A stretch of DNA of 64,000 bases from Spirogloea muscicola (GCA_009602725.1 WELB01000006.1:342687-406686); one strand, 5' to 3'; shown: positions 13,097 through 28,200, numbered from the stretch's first letter. The notes: generated from the sequence alone by a model not told the origin. Numbers and translations are program-made.

Positions 13097-16000
13097 TCAC
13101 CGGCCCTGGGGTGTCCATGGCCGCCCGCTCGGCACGGGGTGGCCGCTCGCAGAGACGTGAGCGCTCCACGGCGCAGAGGAGCCATTGAAGGTGCTGTGGC
13201 CACCCTCATGGGCCGACCAGGTGGGCTGCTCAGGAGGCGGCATGCCACCCCAGTAGCCCGGCGGGGCCCCACCAGGGGCCGGTGGCGGGCCATGCCAGCC
13301 GCCGGGAGCTGCCGGCGGGCCGCTCATGGGCACCATGGCGGCTGCCGCACGCCGCGCCGCCGGCGGCGCCTCCGGCGGCGGCTCCATGAAGTGCTTCTGG
13401 AAGTACTTGACCAGCCGGTCTGGGCTTGTGAAGTCGTGCTTGCGGAACCGAAAACCCTGTGCCAGTCCACAGCCACTAGGACTACTGGTCAATTACGTTG
13501 AATAATTTGTTGTTAACTTGGAGAATAGTAAACCCAGTATAAGGTCAAAAAACGTCGTCCAATAGATCAGCCACATCGATGTTTGGTATTTGCTAGCCAC
13601 AGCCTATCTGACCCTGCACTCGATTACGATCTTCCATGTCATATGGTCCTGGGATCTTGGGACATGCATTTGCTGCCTATCAACTTTGGGTCTCTTCACT
13701 ATACTGCTCTTATATTTCTGCAGTACTCTTGTCTCACCTTGGAGGACACAGAGATGTATTCGTGGATGGGGCTGTGCATCCGGATGTAGGAGAGCACAAA
13801 CGCGCCCGGGTGCTTGTGCGAGACCGAGACGTAGTAGGGGATACGGCCAGGGTTCTCGTGCTTCTCCTTGATCAGCAGGTGGTCCACCTCATCCTGCGGG
13901 CCCTCCCAGAATTTGCGATAGCCCAGCATCTCCTTCAGATGCCCCACAAGCGGCTCTATGTACCTGGCCTCGACCTGCACATTAAGAGAGTGCAGAGTAA
14001 GATAGTGCAGTAACGTCAACCATTAATGAAGACCTCAGCTTTAGATGAACCGGAATTGGGGTGCATACGCACCGAGATACAGGTTAACATAGGATCCAGT
14101 ATTGAAAGATCAACCAGTTCGGCCCTCAAGTATAGATACTTTTAAACGTTTTGCTCACATTGCTCTGCCTACTAGAGCTGCCCAGGTGCCATTGTACATA
14201 GCAGAGAGGAGTTGGACAGTGCTCCTCACTTCAAAGTCAATATCTTGACGGACTTTTTGTCAGTGTACGCTGTGACCACACTCCCCATGTGATGTAGTTG
14301 ATTTTGGTACAAAAGATCAGAGCTCACCTCATCAATGTCCTCAAAGCTCTCCCCACCAATTGTCAAGGTCTTGCCAATGCGCAGGAACGAGGTCGCGTCC
14401 CTCTTGTCCTTGCCCCCCTCCTCTATGTCTATGTGTGTGTACACGCCTTTCGCAAACTTCAGAGTCAAGGAGAGGTGGTCTGGCCCTTTGCTACTTGGGC
14501 GCAGAATGACGGTCCCCACCTCCTTATCTTCGAGTTGCTGCAAGCACATGCCGACGCAATGTCAATGTAATCTACAGATGTTGAATAGACGAGTAAGCTT
14601 GAGGCTTATGTGCAGCTTTCATGACCTTAGGATATCTTTCGATACACAAATGGGTCATCATCCACCTCTTCTAAAAAATTGTATGCCATCACTGCTCTTC
14701 TCGACTTAAATGATGACTTGCTACCCCTCAAAACGGTATTGCTTGCATGGGTAAGGAAAGCCAAAGGCCCCTGGATGCATATCATGCCATAGGCTCTGGG
14801 ACTCTGTAGCTGCCACTACATCTTGCAAAGTACTACTGCACAACCTTCTCACTTCATAGTAGCAACTTTCTCCAAAAGGACAATGTGGCAGGTATGATTC
14901 AAGTCTCAAGAAGCGAAGAGGGTGACAGCACAGCCTGAGGTGCACTCGGGAACATGTCTCACCTGCATAGCTTCAGGCAGTGAGACATTCTGGAAGAGGG
15001 GGTGCACAATCATGCGCGGACGGAAGGCACGCCGCCGCTCGATTTCGGCCTTTTTCTTCAGACGCTCCTCCTCAATGAGCGCCACACTCTCGTCCCGCCG
15101 GAAATACTTGTCCTTACGCATGGCCTGATGCCAGTTATCACTGCGGAGCTCACTCCCCCGACATGTCAAGGTGACCTGCCACGCAGCAAAGATCAAAAAT
15201 TTACTTAAGATTCAACTAGGAAGAGATGAGTAAAACCATGACAGCATGGCATGCATCTGTGGTTCAAGTGTTAGGATCACATACAAGCTCAATGTATTGA
15301 GCTTGAATAGTGCGTGTCAGGCTGACCTGGTACTGTGAAGGCAAAACTTTCTGGATCCTCCCTGTGACAACAGCACCTTCAGAAACTCTGTCCGAGATGT
15401 CAGCGTCTCTGTCATCAGTCAAGTCCTCCTTGTGAACCACAGCCAGAAGTCCTGACTCCAGGGTGCACAGAATCCGGTTCTGCTGCACCTTCTTGACCTT
15501 TGCCTGCATCGCAGGTGCTTATTTTCAATTTACTGAAAGAAGTCAAAGTATGAGCTTCTACGCTGCAGTCCAGTATTACAGTAATGCACATGTCATGAGC
15601 GCTTCACGAACATGCATGTACCTATCATTGTAGTCACTGTTAGCGCTGTCATAAGATCATCAGTGAAGCAATGATTCAGGCACCTGTACTACTCTGCCTT
15701 GAGCCAGGCTGGTTGGCGTCTCCCCACTGAGAAGATAAAACTCCTCGTCCATTGTGGGGACCTTGTAAGGAAATCTCCACTCCCGGTAGCCCTTGACCAA
15801 CTCGCCCTTGATGTCCAGCAATGTATCAAGGTCAACCTCTTTCTGCAAAACTCACAGTGATCTCTGACAATGTCACTACTAACAAAGTGCGGATTGAAGC
15901 GAAATAGTGCTGCAATGCCAGACAAGCTCCTCTGCAAACCCTTGAAGCTTATAGGAATTACTTTCGAAGATGAACGAGAAGTTTAAATATAGAGGTGCAC

Positions 16001-19000
16001 ATGGACACAAGGTGGGCAAAAAGCTTAGCAGTCAATAACGAACAATAACCAACCAATGTAGCTATACTGTCTGTTACACTAGGTCCACATGCTCCAAGTC
16101 AAGCTTAAGAGTGTACCTCCAGGCGCTTCACGTAGTCCTCTACCTCAAGGCGCGCCATTGCATCCGGATGTTCCCTCACCCACTCCACGCACAGCTCCAG
16201 TGTGTCTTGGTCCACATCCTCCCTCTTCTCGCCAACGGTTAAGCAGTACACGGCCTCAGCCATGGCCTTGGCATCCTCGTATGACACCTATCGGGCATCT
16301 CAAGCAGGTCCTCAGTTGGACAACATAATTGATGGTGCAATGCAGTCATATAATTTGTGGCAGTGACCACACCTTCCCTGTGTACTAAGATCTAAGCCAT
16401 TTTGGCCAAATCTCTCTCGCATCATTACCCTTCCCTCCAACAATTGATGGAGCAGATTCCTAAGAGCTTAAAAAAACTCGAGCTAGGCACTCATTTGCAG
16501 CAATGCAAAGTGGCGTACTTCTTAACGTAAGGCAATGAAGAGCAAAGGCACGGGTGTCCTCACAGGATGGATGCGCGTGTCATCCAGTGGCTCAAACGTA
16601 ATGTCAGCCGAGGCCGCGGAGCCGGACGCCCGGACGCGCATCGCCCCGGCAGCATTAATGAAGACGAAGCGCTGCATCAGGGCCAAGGAGTCCAGGAGCT
16701 CCATGCGAGTCGCTATCTTCCCAGCTCCTTTGATTACCCTCTGTGCGCATGATGACAAACATAAGCAGCCTGAGGACAGGCCAATGCCAGAAATCCTGCA
16801 ATAATCAGGCCGCCCCTATCCCTAGTCCCTAACAGAGACGAATCAAGGGAGCTCAAAGGAGGTACACATCGTAGTGAACTCAGTCTTAAGAAGCTCTTGC
16901 TGTACACCTCACAGGTCTTTGTTGGTGCCTTCTATGATCCGCGAAGTGCTGACCAAGCAAGGGTTCTCCTATCCCAATAACTTGATAGCCATCTGTCAAC
17001 GACTTACTCAGTCAATTAAGCACTTGCCTGAATGTGCATGGCCTTCCTGGGACCAAGACCGGCAACGAATTGGAGAGGCGAGAACAGCCAGTCATGCGTG
17101 GCAGCGGCGTTGAGGTCGATCCCTACTTGACTGGAGATGGTGATCATGACTCTTTCCACCATCTCATAAACCTCGTCTCTATTCAGCAGATCCTGCAGCA
17201 TGCGACTTGGTCTTGCAATTTCATGGAGGTGCACAAATACACCATATACTTCTCTGCAACTAAGAACAACTTATGAAAAGCTGCCAAAATGGCTGCACTG
17301 CATTCCTGATGATGACAAGCAATCAGCTAATGTGCTAGTTCTAATTGCTGCATAAGCTATGGTAAACTGATTCAGGGACTTATGTGACACCTAATGAACA
17401 TGATCCATGTCTCAACCCCTGGCTACCATTTACGTGTTATTACTGCAAAGTCAGTGGTGCACTCATAACCAGGAACCTCTATATGTGTAGCTGCAAGTTC
17501 AGCCGCAGATGGTTTCAGCTTGCCTGAAGAGGATGAAGCTTGGCGGAGAGAATCTCTCGCTCAGGCCCGCAGAGCGAAGCCACCATGGCTAGCGGGTTCT
17601 GAATGTAACGCCCCAAGGCCACGGCCCTTCGAACAATACCTGAGAGCAATAAGTCATGGCAATGCTCAGTGCAAAAATCAGCACTAATTGCCGCAATCAT
17701 GGTCACCCAACAGCGCATGCATACATCAATCGGGTTAATGTCCACATTGTCATTGACACATCAAGGGACTGTCAAGCTCCCAAGCAGCTCAACTACAGCG
17801 CTCTACCCGGTGCCAGACCTGGCTGGCCAGGAAGCTGGTCCTGCGAGACGGGCGAGCGCTCATAGAGCTGGGCAAGCGTCTCTTCCACGAAGAAGCAGTC
17901 GAGTGCTGCGACCTCGTCAGACAGGAACTTGGGCTCGTCCTCGACAATCTTGAAGATGATGGCATAGATGTCGTCCTTCAGCCGCTTGCTTTGCAGGTTG
18001 GCACCGCCCAGCGCAACGACGTGCGGCTGGTTCTCGGCGAGGAACGTCAGCAGCCGCTCCCGGTCGCCGTCCTTGCGCCGCTGGTGCTCTTCGCCGCCGC
18101 CGCCCATGCTGAGGTACCCTGCGTGCAGCATGTCTACGAGGTCGCCGGCGGCATTGAGCATCACGAACGTCGTTGCCGGGTTGCCCGGTCCCCAGCAGCA
18201 CGCCGCCACGCGCATGGCCAGGTCCTCCTCCAGCGGTTCTGCGTCGCGCTCACGCTCGCGCTCGAGGTCAAGCTCGCGGTTCCAGCTGCGATCGCGCTCC
18301 TCGTCCCGATCCCTCAGGTCGCCGCCCCTGCTCAGCCCTGCCCTTGCATCATACGGCGCCCTCGCTGCGACATCCCACAGCACCTGCGCATACTTCTCCA
18401 ACATGTGCTGCTTTGCTCGGCTGGCAAGCGCCTGTGACGCCAACATGAGAAAGAGCAGCTCCATCATGTCAATTGCAGAGGGCTCACAACATCAGCAACA
18501 GTCCTTGCCAGTGTCACATGAGGTTCAGGACCTTCAGCTTGAGGATCGAAAGTCAGCAATGTAACGTAAGCTATGAGACCTTCTGCAGTGAGGAAGACAG
18601 CTAACTCTAAGCTGTTAGTCATAGCACATTCGTATCAGACACCTGTACTCAGGCTATACAACAGCAGTAGAAGATGTCTTGCCTGGCGGGCCTCTCGCTC
18701 CATGACAGGGATCAAGATCGAGACCACGGCCTCGCGCAATATCAGCTCACGTTCCTGATTCCAGCGGCGTGCCATGGAACTGACGGCATCGCTGAGGTAC
18801 AGATTCTCGAGCTCCTTCAGGAGACTCTTGTGCTCGGACGGCAGCATGCCAACACTCACATCGAGCAGGCCCTCGTCCTGCCCTTTCCGTAGGAGCAACC
18901 ACTGATCGTCATCGTCAAACTCGCGCAGCGGCTTGTTTTCCAGCCACTTGAACGGGCTGTAGGAGTGGAAGGCGTCAATGGCGGACTGGCCGGCGGCTGT

Positions 19001-22000
19001 CGGCTTCACGTTGACCACTGCCGCGGCACTGAATCGTGAACGCACAAACTCCCGTACAGCAACCTCCGATGCGATCTCCACTGCAGCCTGTTTGAAGACC
19101 CAATTCAAGTGCAATACCACGTTCAGACATGCACGTTGCAATTTGAACGTGCTACTGAGATGAAGCAGAAGGACATCTAGTAGATGGGAAATCACAATTA
19201 GCAAACAATTGCACAGCTCCCCTTTCAGCTGCCCTTTCAGCTAGAAGCATACACCACTTTCGGAGGCGAGTCTCACAATGGTGAAAGATGAATACTTATA
19301 AACTGCAAAAGCAGCTAGATCAACTTGACATATTGTACGTGACTCAGGTCTACCTCCATTGCCTGGAGGAGACGTCTGGTTGCATGTGGCAGGCGCTTAT
19401 TACCATGTGCCGAGCTCCCTTAAGCAGGAGCTGGACGTCCTGCAGGCCAGCCTGTGCCAGGCCCTCCTGTTGCTCCGCCGTCTCTTCAGGCGAGCGTGTG
19501 GGATCCTCCACCTCGTGTTGCTGTTGTGAGACTCAAGACAGAGATGTCATTTACTGGCACCAAGCAAGGCATATGAGAGGTCTCTGGAGCATGCTAAAGT
19601 GGGGATCTCACAAAGATGGACGGACATCGAGCTAGGCACTGTTGTGCCTCTTGTGGCATGGCAAGCACCTTGTACATTTCTTCCAAGCTGGCTGCGAGTT
19701 GCTCGGCAGTCAGCCCAAATTGCTTGGCCAAGCTTCCAAGTCCTAACTTCCTGTACACCGAGTACAGTGTTCGCTTCTTCGGCCGCTTGAACACGCTCTG
19801 CATCTGCTCCGTCTCCTCGGGAGGAAACTGCTCAGACATTACAATCTAAGGGTGAGTGTCAATACTATCTGGTCAAGCAGTGTGCTCATCAAAGGACTCA
19901 GATGCTCAACAGGAGTAGGGAGGATGAGCACTGATTGACAAGGTAAGCATGTGATTATCTCGCATTCTGTGGCCACATGTGATAGTGGCAGAGCAGCTCC
20001 AGCAGAGCTTGAGGCTTGTAGACCATCATAAGCTCATGGAAGCAGCACCCCATCATAGGCTCATGGAAGCAAAACCTGGGAAAGAATATTGTAGCAAGGC
20101 AAGTCTGGTATACTCAGCAGTCTCAGCGACAGTTGTGGCGCAGCAGACCTGCAGGTTAAACTTGGCATCCAGGTCTTCCAGGGCTTGCTCCGACTGCGCA
20201 TCCAGCACAGCTGCGCGGATGCGCTCCAGCACCTCGCTGCGCCGCACATCCTGCTCTGCTGTGTCCTGGGCCTTGGAGTAGAGTCGGTACACAACTTGCT
20301 TCCGCTGCTGCAGCTGCAGCCACTTCTTGTCCCAGTGGCAGATTGCCCACAGCGCCTGCTAGCAAGAAGCGGGGCATTGCTCGCTGAGGTGCAGCGACTC
20401 GTTGGGACAGCAACAGAGCGACAAGGTGTGACGCGTCAGACTACATTGCATCGTCTGCTACAGTGTGTAGGACCCAGCCCGGCCATTGCTCATCAGCTGA
20501 GTGTTTCTGCAACAATCTACATGTTAAGGGGCATGCATTGCTTCGAATGGCCAAAGCAGACATATATGTCGTATTCTAAAACCCTGACCATGAGAAGCCT
20601 ATTCCCTGGCTCCCTCTAACTATCATTTGTGAAGGTATTTCCAAGTAAAGACGGAGGTGTTAAGCCAAGGATGACTAGCAAAGGGTGTCCAAGCAATGGA
20701 TATCCCGTGCTGCAAGCCCACCTTGAAGTTCTGAAGTTGGTGGCGGTCCTCCTTCCCACGCCTTCCGAGGAGCGTCGGGCATGCGGCCTTGCGATACATC
20801 CCAATGAACGGCACCTGAAAAAGAGAGCGCCAGACATGCCAAGCAGAGAAACGACAGCAGCAGATTTGGTCAATTTCCGACTCAAGACCACCTCTTGCGG
20901 CTGCACTGCTCAGCTTCATGGAGGAGTCTCACACACAAGGGTGGTGACTCCAGCTGTGGCTACACAATTATAGAGAGCAGCATATTTGTAATAAAAATTG
21001 ATTACTGTAAGCTGAGCTGGTCATCCGTCTGTTCCCAATGCAAGACCCGTTGTACGTAGAGGTACCTCAGCTGGTCATCTATCTGTCCTTCATGCATGGA
21101 TTTCGATGATATATGACTGCTTGCTCCTGAATTGTTGTCTGTAAACTCAACATCCACTTACCCCAATCGTATGCAACCACAACCTGCCCACAGAATGTCA
21201 GCAATGGCACCAAGGAGCTAGTAAAAGCATGGGCAAGATTTGCCACCGGATGTCGCACCTCCAGCATCTCGCTGTGCATCATCTCAAGGACGTTGGCAAC
21301 CTCCTCCTGCACTGTGGCCTGCCGCTGCGCCTTCTCAGAGTGCGGCTCCATGGTCGTCAGGTACGCAAGCTCTGGCAGCGGAGGACGCGCCAGCGCGCCA
21401 ATGACACGGTCAAAGATCCACACTGCCTCGTCAGCCACGTCCTGTGCTGGGATGGGCCCCACAGCCTCGGCAAGCAGCTGCACATTGACATATCAGGAGC
21501 TTGTTCAACAACACCTCCTTGCTACGGTTAGCTGTCTAACTATGATTACCAGGACTTCTGAAAATGGTCATTAATTGACTAAATTCCAGGTCTCTCCAGG
21601 TCCAGGTCCACTTCACCTAGACCTCAGGCCAATTCTCCTAGACCTCATCTGTTATCTATCTTCAGCCAGACAACCTTTCCTCTTACAAACATCAACGTCC
21701 AGTATTGTTAGCATCTAAATGAGCCACAATTCTAACACGCCGGACTATATGGCAGGAGCAGACAATGTGTGCAAGCAGTCCTGCCGACACAGAGCAGACG
21801 CCATCACCTGCATGCGCTCAGGGACGTCAAGCTGCCGAATCTGCTCGTCGCGCTCTGTCATGTACTTGGCCTCCAGCACGCTTGGCTCGAAGCGCCGGGC
21901 GAGCGACTGCTTGGCCAGGGACCCCGCAGCCCCTGCAGCGGTCCGCCGGGCCCGCCGCCGGCCCTCTGTGTCATCGTCCTCTGCGCCCTCCTCGCCCTCC

Positions 22001-23894
22001 TCGTCCAGCCCCGCAGCGCCGTCCTCGTCGCCGCCGCCGGCCTCCATTGCCTCGCGCCGCCGCCGGTCCATCTCCAGCAGCTCCGTGACGTCGCCGAAGA
22101 TGTCCTGCGCCTCCTGCAGCGCCGACGCGTTGACGCCCTCCGCTGCGCCCCGGCCCGCGCGCTTCTTTGGCCGCCGCCGCCGTACCGGCTGCCCGTGCTC
22201 GTCCTCCTCCTCGTCCACGATGAAGTCGGCCATCTCGTCCTCCTCCTCAGCCAGATCCTCATCCTCCTCGCCGTCCTCGCTGTCCCCAGGAGGTCTCTCG
22301 AGCAGCGCGGCGTCATCGTCCTCTGCAACGCCTGGCAGCGCGCGCTTGTTGGGAATTGGAGAAGTCAAGAGAGAAGGTTTGGAATAGTTTGACTTGGAGG
22401 GTTTAAAAGCTTTAGATTCAAGGGTTTAGGGTTTCAGATTAGGGGTAGAGGCTAGGGTTCAGGTTTAAGGATTTTGGGGTTTCGGGTTTAGGGAAGGATT
22501 GGAATCTACATCAGGCCTTACAAGCACGGCACATCACAATGTGCAGCAGATGAGGGGGGAGAGCCGGATCTCCTCACCATCTTTGTCGTCACCGAACAGC
22601 GAGCGCTCAAACACCTGCTCCGCTGTCCGCGCGGCGGCCGCGCCGCCACCCAGCCTGCGACCCTCAGTCTTGTGCAGGCCGCCGCTGCTCTCCTCCCCGT
22701 CCTCGCCCAGGCGGCCCTGCTCAGCGCCGCCGCCCCCGCCTTCCTCCTCGACGTCCAGCTCCACGTTCCGCTTCTTCAGCCGCTTGAACTTCTTCTTATC
22801 GCCCTGCCAGGCGCCGCCGCGACGAGCTCGTCAACAAGGGACCATCATGGTGGCACTGGCGGTATGGCCGAGCCAGTGTTGGGTCTAAGGAGCGTTAGGA
22901 GTTGGTTAAAGCTTTCATCTAAGCACTTAGACCCTAGATTGTCCTTGTTGGGTTATGCAGCCAGCAGAAACGGCAGTGCTCACAGCCTTAGGCGGCGGAC
23001 GGTGGTAGCCGGCGACGTTCTCCTGCAGAAGCTCGTAATCCTCGTCATCCAGCTCCAGCTCTCTGTGCCGCCACGGCACCCCTCTATACTCAAGTCAGGC
23101 GCTAAACAACCTAGATGACCATGATGAAGGGCTTCAGAGCTTCAGAGCTTCAGTGAGGTCAATTCACTGTACTGGGGAAGGGCGGTCCCAGCCATGGCGG
23201 CCCAACGCGACGAAGACAGGCGCTGTCTGGCACCCGAACTCATGCAGCCCACGACCGGACTTGAATCGGAGACCTTTCCCTCACCAAAGGAGTACTCTGC
23301 CAAGCGCGGCAGCAGCGGCAATGGCTCACGTCTTGCGGCGCTTCTTGCGGCGGGCGCGGGCCTCCTCGGCGGCGCCGTCGCCGTCGCCATCCTCGGCAGC
23401 CGCCGCCTCCTCCTCCTCCTCCTCCACGTCGTCCACCATCCAGCCGTCCTTCTCGTACTCGTTTTGGCCCTCCTCTGCCATCAGCAGATATATTCTCAGC
23501 AGCTTGCTGATTATAATCTGAAACTATTCTTTCTGCACGGCTTAGCGGCGGCGGCGGCTGCGCCGGGGGTCAGCGCCAGGCCAGCGCACCTGGGCTGCGC
23601 GTGGCTCTGGGAATTAGGGTTAGAGTTCGGGGTGTGGCAGCGGCGGCGCTGGCGGCGGTGCTCACCTTCCTCCTCCTCCTCGTCCTCGTCCTCGTCGTCG
23701 TCGTCCTCGCCGCCGCCGCCGCCGCCGCCGCTGCCGCNCGTCGCCCTCCTCCTCCTCGTCCGCGAGCCCCCCGCCATCTGCGCCCCGCCAGCCTCGCCGG
23801 GTCAGGCAACGGCGGCCATCGCCGCCGCCACGACCTCCCCCGCCGAGACCCAGCTCTACCTCGCCGCCGCCTCACCTTCCTCGTCGGCGCTCAT
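13097..23894 (-). CDS. SPT6: Transcription elongation factor SPT6, about 20 exons
   Basis: Acidic N-terminus (MSADEE, YEKDGWMVDD, LDDEDYELL), EAQDIFGDV, YMTERDEQIRQLDVPERMQ, YqgF-like region (CCWGPGNPATTFVML), RRAVALGRYIQNPL, HhH (FVAGLGPRKA), LDDTRIHP, S1 domain, tandem SH2 (ILRPSSKGPDHLSLTLK; PGAFVLSYI; GFRFRK). Confidence 0.96.
22399..22493 (-). repeat. Degenerate plant telomere-like (CCCTAAA)n cluster inside a SPT6 intron
   Basis: GGGTTTAAAAG..AGGGTTTAGGGTTTCAGATTAGGGG..CTAGGGTTCAGGTTTAAGG..GGGTTTAGGG on the + strand. Similar clusters at 5086-5147, 5757-5814, 9983-10056 and 35057-35100. Confidence 0.7.
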
Positions 23895-24214
23895 GGCGGC
23901 GGTGACGGCGGCGGCGTCGGCGGCGGCCCTTCGGCGGCAGGCGGGCAAGGTCACTCACTGTGCCTGTTTCTCCCAAACCTAAAATGGGAGGCCAATCTGC
24001 AACCCTAAACCCTAGACTTCATTAAGTTCCCGATCTGATTTCTATATTGTGATTTGGGGGTCACTGTCACAGCCATTCCTATCAATTTGACGAATTGTCT
24101 TCCTTTCATCGGCAAGGGTTCATGCGCATAGGTTGAATGAATTGACAAAATGCCTGTGAACCAGCGCTTAGAGAAGCCTGTCTCGGCGGCGTGCCTCCTT
24201 CCCTGCCACGAGCT

Positions 24215-24600
24215 ACTCCGACCTGATGTTGCTCACTCGAGGGTACTGAGCTTCCCTAGTGCGTTGTCGTGTTTGGTAGTGTAGTCCTTTTTCGGCACCT
24301 CTTTCTTTGGCTTTGGACAATGTCCATTCTTTTTGGACTGGCTTTGCCAGCCCCCTTCTCTATGGGCGAGCACTGCTTAGAGAAGGCTCCGAGACATGTG
24401 GGTTCCAGTTTCAGCTGTGGTGCATAATCGGAAGTACCGGTTTGGCAATCATCTCGTGTTGCTACGCCGCCGCTCGTCAGCTTCAAATTGTGTCTCAAGA
24501 GCACTAAAGATTGATGATCAATAACCATGATAATATTGTTTGAGCCAACTGTATGGATTTAACTGCCATTTCCTGTTAGGCTGGCCTCTCATAGCCACTT
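24215..24600 (+). repeat. Copy of the dispersed GGGCTGGC repeat family between SPT6 and RPB2
   Basis: 24215-24372 aligns with 19-190 and 56440-56597. A further motif lies at ~24565-24596. Confidence 0.8.
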
Positions 24601-25224
24601 GTATTGACATCTGACTGCCACCGTTTTTGCAACCTGAACCGACTTCAGACTGCACCGCCGGCATTTAGGACAGCATTGCAAGTAGCAGTTGCTGTGTTTC
24701 TTTCCACTGGGTTTACTGCTGCCTGACATATACATCACACCTGATCTCGACAACTTTCAGGTCTGCCTTGTCGTGCTCAATACTGTGGTTCTCTGCCAAC
24801 TCGGTAACAATCAATTGTCAATCAATGTGCTCTGGTTTCTGCTAACTCGGCAAAGGAAAGACAGGCGGAAGAGAGGCAATGACGGAAGAAAGTCAAGTGA
24901 GGATCAAGTAATGAAATGGACCTACTAGGACAGCGAGAGTACAGTCAGCATGACAGCTGCTTGCATGCTGCTGACCAGCCGTCCAGGCCAGATGTGAACG
25001 CTAGAGCTTGACCTCCATTGTCCCTTGGCAGCAAGCAGCGGAGTCTTGCAGCGGGCTGGCGCGCAATCTTGCACGCCCCCAGAAGGTGTACATGCTTGGG
25101 AGCACAGGCTGCCACTTGGCCAGGGGCGAAACTTGCCCAAATGAATAAATGAAATCGTGAGAGCTTTGTACAAAAATAAGGCCTACGCACCTTGGCTTGA
25201 AGCATAGATCAGGCTAAGCTAATC

Positions 25225-28200
25225 CTATTTCTTTTTTTTGGGTACCGCATAGCGGGTCATCATTCGCGGCGCAATGGCCATGGACATGAGCTCCTGGAAC
25301 AGTAGCTTGCACGCATACGGGATGTGGACCTGCAGAAGAGTGAACCAGAGTAAGACCAGCAACATCACCATTGAGCTTGCGAACTAGCACAACGATAAGC
25401 GATGCAATCACCTAGAAATGATAAAACATGACAGGAGGAAGCGAGCAGGATGGAAGCTTCAGAAGTCAGAGACTTGTAAATTTGGACGTAGTAATTGGAT
25501 ATTGTGAATTAGAAGGCATACCTGCACAATGTCTGTCTTGTTCTTGCAGCCTCTGCACTCAAACAGGTTCTTCTTCAGGTTAGCATTGGCAATCAGCCCG
25601 CAGTACTCGCACACGTGCACCCGGTATGCATCGCTCTGGTCAAAGAGCCGCTCTTTCAGGAAGGCGGCAGCGCCGTGCGCAATCATGCAGTCCCGCTCCA
25701 TCTCGCCAAATCGCAACCCACCATCCCTGGCCCTGCCCTCTGCTGGCTGCCTTGTCAAAATCTGTAGGGGCAAAAACACAATAAACCTATAAGCTAGTTA
25801 CTTATTACGTTCTTACGACTGCAGCCCTGACAGTGCTAAATTGAAGTCATGCTGACGGACCTCTACCTTCTCGCACATAGGTATCTTCTTATCAGCGAGG
25901 GTTGTGAGGCTTGACAAAATATCTGTAGCTTTGAAGCTAAACACCTAGCAATTGTGGCTAAAGATGACATGAAGGTGGAGTGGAGATTCGGTGTCAGCAG
26001 GAACCATTCCTTGAGCTGTGTCAACAGAGTCTGCAGTCAGATTCTTATGGAAGAAGATTGTGTGTGTGGATTAGGCACCTGCACCGGCCCGCGGCCGCGT
26101 GAGTGGATCTTGTCATCCACCATGTGCTTGAGGCGCTGGTAGTAGGTCGGGTTGAGGAAGACCTGCGCCTGCAGGCGCCGACCCGTATGCCCATTGTACA
26201 TCACCTCAAAGCCCTGCGCCTGGTACCCGCACTTATGCAACGCCTTGCTGATGTTGTCCACAGTCACGTCAGTGAAAGGTGTGGCGTCGCCCTCCTTTCC
26301 CATGTGTGCCGCCACCTTGCTCATCAGCGCCTCAATCAAATGCCCGATGGTCATGCGTGACGGAATGGCGTGTGGATTCACGATGATGTCTGGCGTGATA
26401 CCCTCCTGGAAACAAGTTGCATGCATAATCAAGCAACTGGTGGTTAGTAGCCATGATAAGTTGTTGACGGTGATATCCTGTCCCCTTTGCTAATCTTTAA
26501 GTAACTCAACCATACTTTGACTAAGACTAACAGGTATCCCATAATGACTTTCAGTAAGTGATGACAGTAATATCGACTTGAGCCTTACTTGCGACCAAGG
26601 CATGTCCTCTTGGGTGTATGTCATTCCAACCGTGCCCTTCTGCCCATGTCGGCTGGCGAACTTGTCCCCAATCTGCGGTATCCTGATTGACCTCACGCGG
26701 ACCTTGACAAATCGAAGGCCATCGGCGTTGGTTGTCAAAAGCACCTGCCGATCAAATCGAAAGAAGCTGCTAAGGGCAAGATGTGACTGCAGAATAAAAT
26801 TTCAATTTTCAGGTCGACAAGCACTGTAGGCTGATGTCACAATGTACTTTACCTGGTCAACCATGCCACTCTCGCTATGACGAAGGGTTGTGCTCTGGTC
26901 GCGCTTTGAATATCGCTGAGCCTGACTGCCAGTGTCATCTTGGGGCAGCGGAGTGGTCTTTCCTATTATAACATCCTCTCCAGCAACACGAGTGCCCTGA
27001 TGAATCCGCAGCAGTCAATGGCTTCAGGGCTCAAGAAAACAGATCCACAGCATTGAGAATTATTATGAGGACAGCAAGCCTGTTATCCTGCAATGCTCTT
27101 CTTGGGTTAAGCACAATGTAGTGAGCACGATGTAGTCTATGTGGCAGCTAGTCCTGTCGCCACAACTCGCCCACAACTTACCGGAGGAGCCAGCCCATCA
27201 TCGTCGAGCTTATCATATGAGCCATGTCGCATGCCCTGCCATATCAATCCATGTTAAAATTGTCAGCTGCCTGAACAAGCATTCCAACAGTACGAATCTG
27301 CATGCTGCACTTGCCAACCAAAGCATCAGAATCTCATTCAAGTAGTATCCCAGAAGGACCACTGGTTCCAAAAGACCAGCCCAGGCAAACAACTCACTGT
27401 TGTGATTTCACGATCTGGCCGCTCAAATTCTTCCTTGACAAGTGAGCCCTGCTTTTTTTCCTCGTCTCTGTCATAGTCAAGACCACGGAAGCACAACATT
27501 AAGATCAGTGTCTGTGACATGTGACAAAGTCGTCATGATGTAATTGACGACGATCGCCTGGCAAATAGCACTCTACTTGTGACATGCTCTGATTACTTCA
27601 CCTGTACGAGCGGAAGAATATTGAGCGGAAGAATCCGCGATCTATGGAGGACTGGTTCATGATGACAGAGTCCTCCTGATTGTAGCCCGAGTAACAGAGA
27701 ATAGCCACAATGGCATTCTGCAAGATACCCAGTAACAATTTCAGCTCATGTGAACATGCACAACCACAGAGAATGAGCTGAGAATTCTACATGCAACACT
27801 GCCCACTGCCGAAAAGCAACAAGTGCAGAGTGCTCACAATGCCAGCAGGCAGCTGCCGGAAGTGGATGTGCTCCATTGCCCGTGTTGTGACGAGGGGTTT
27901 TTGGGGGTAGTAGAGTACATACGCAAGTGTATCCTATAACCAAGACAGACAAGACCAAGCATGAGCAAATCTGCATACTGAAGTGATGCTTGATGTTTTG
28001 CTCAACATCTCCATAGTGAAATTATTCCTAGTATACTCTGAAACAGTCTGGTGGCGATAGGAAGCAGTTGCATACCATGCGCAGCTGGTAATTTGTGACA
28101 TATATTCCCATGGCCTGCTTGCCCATGGCTGATTGATATGTGTTACGAGGAGACTGCACCAAGACAACATGGATCAGTCTTGATACCATAGCAGCATCAT

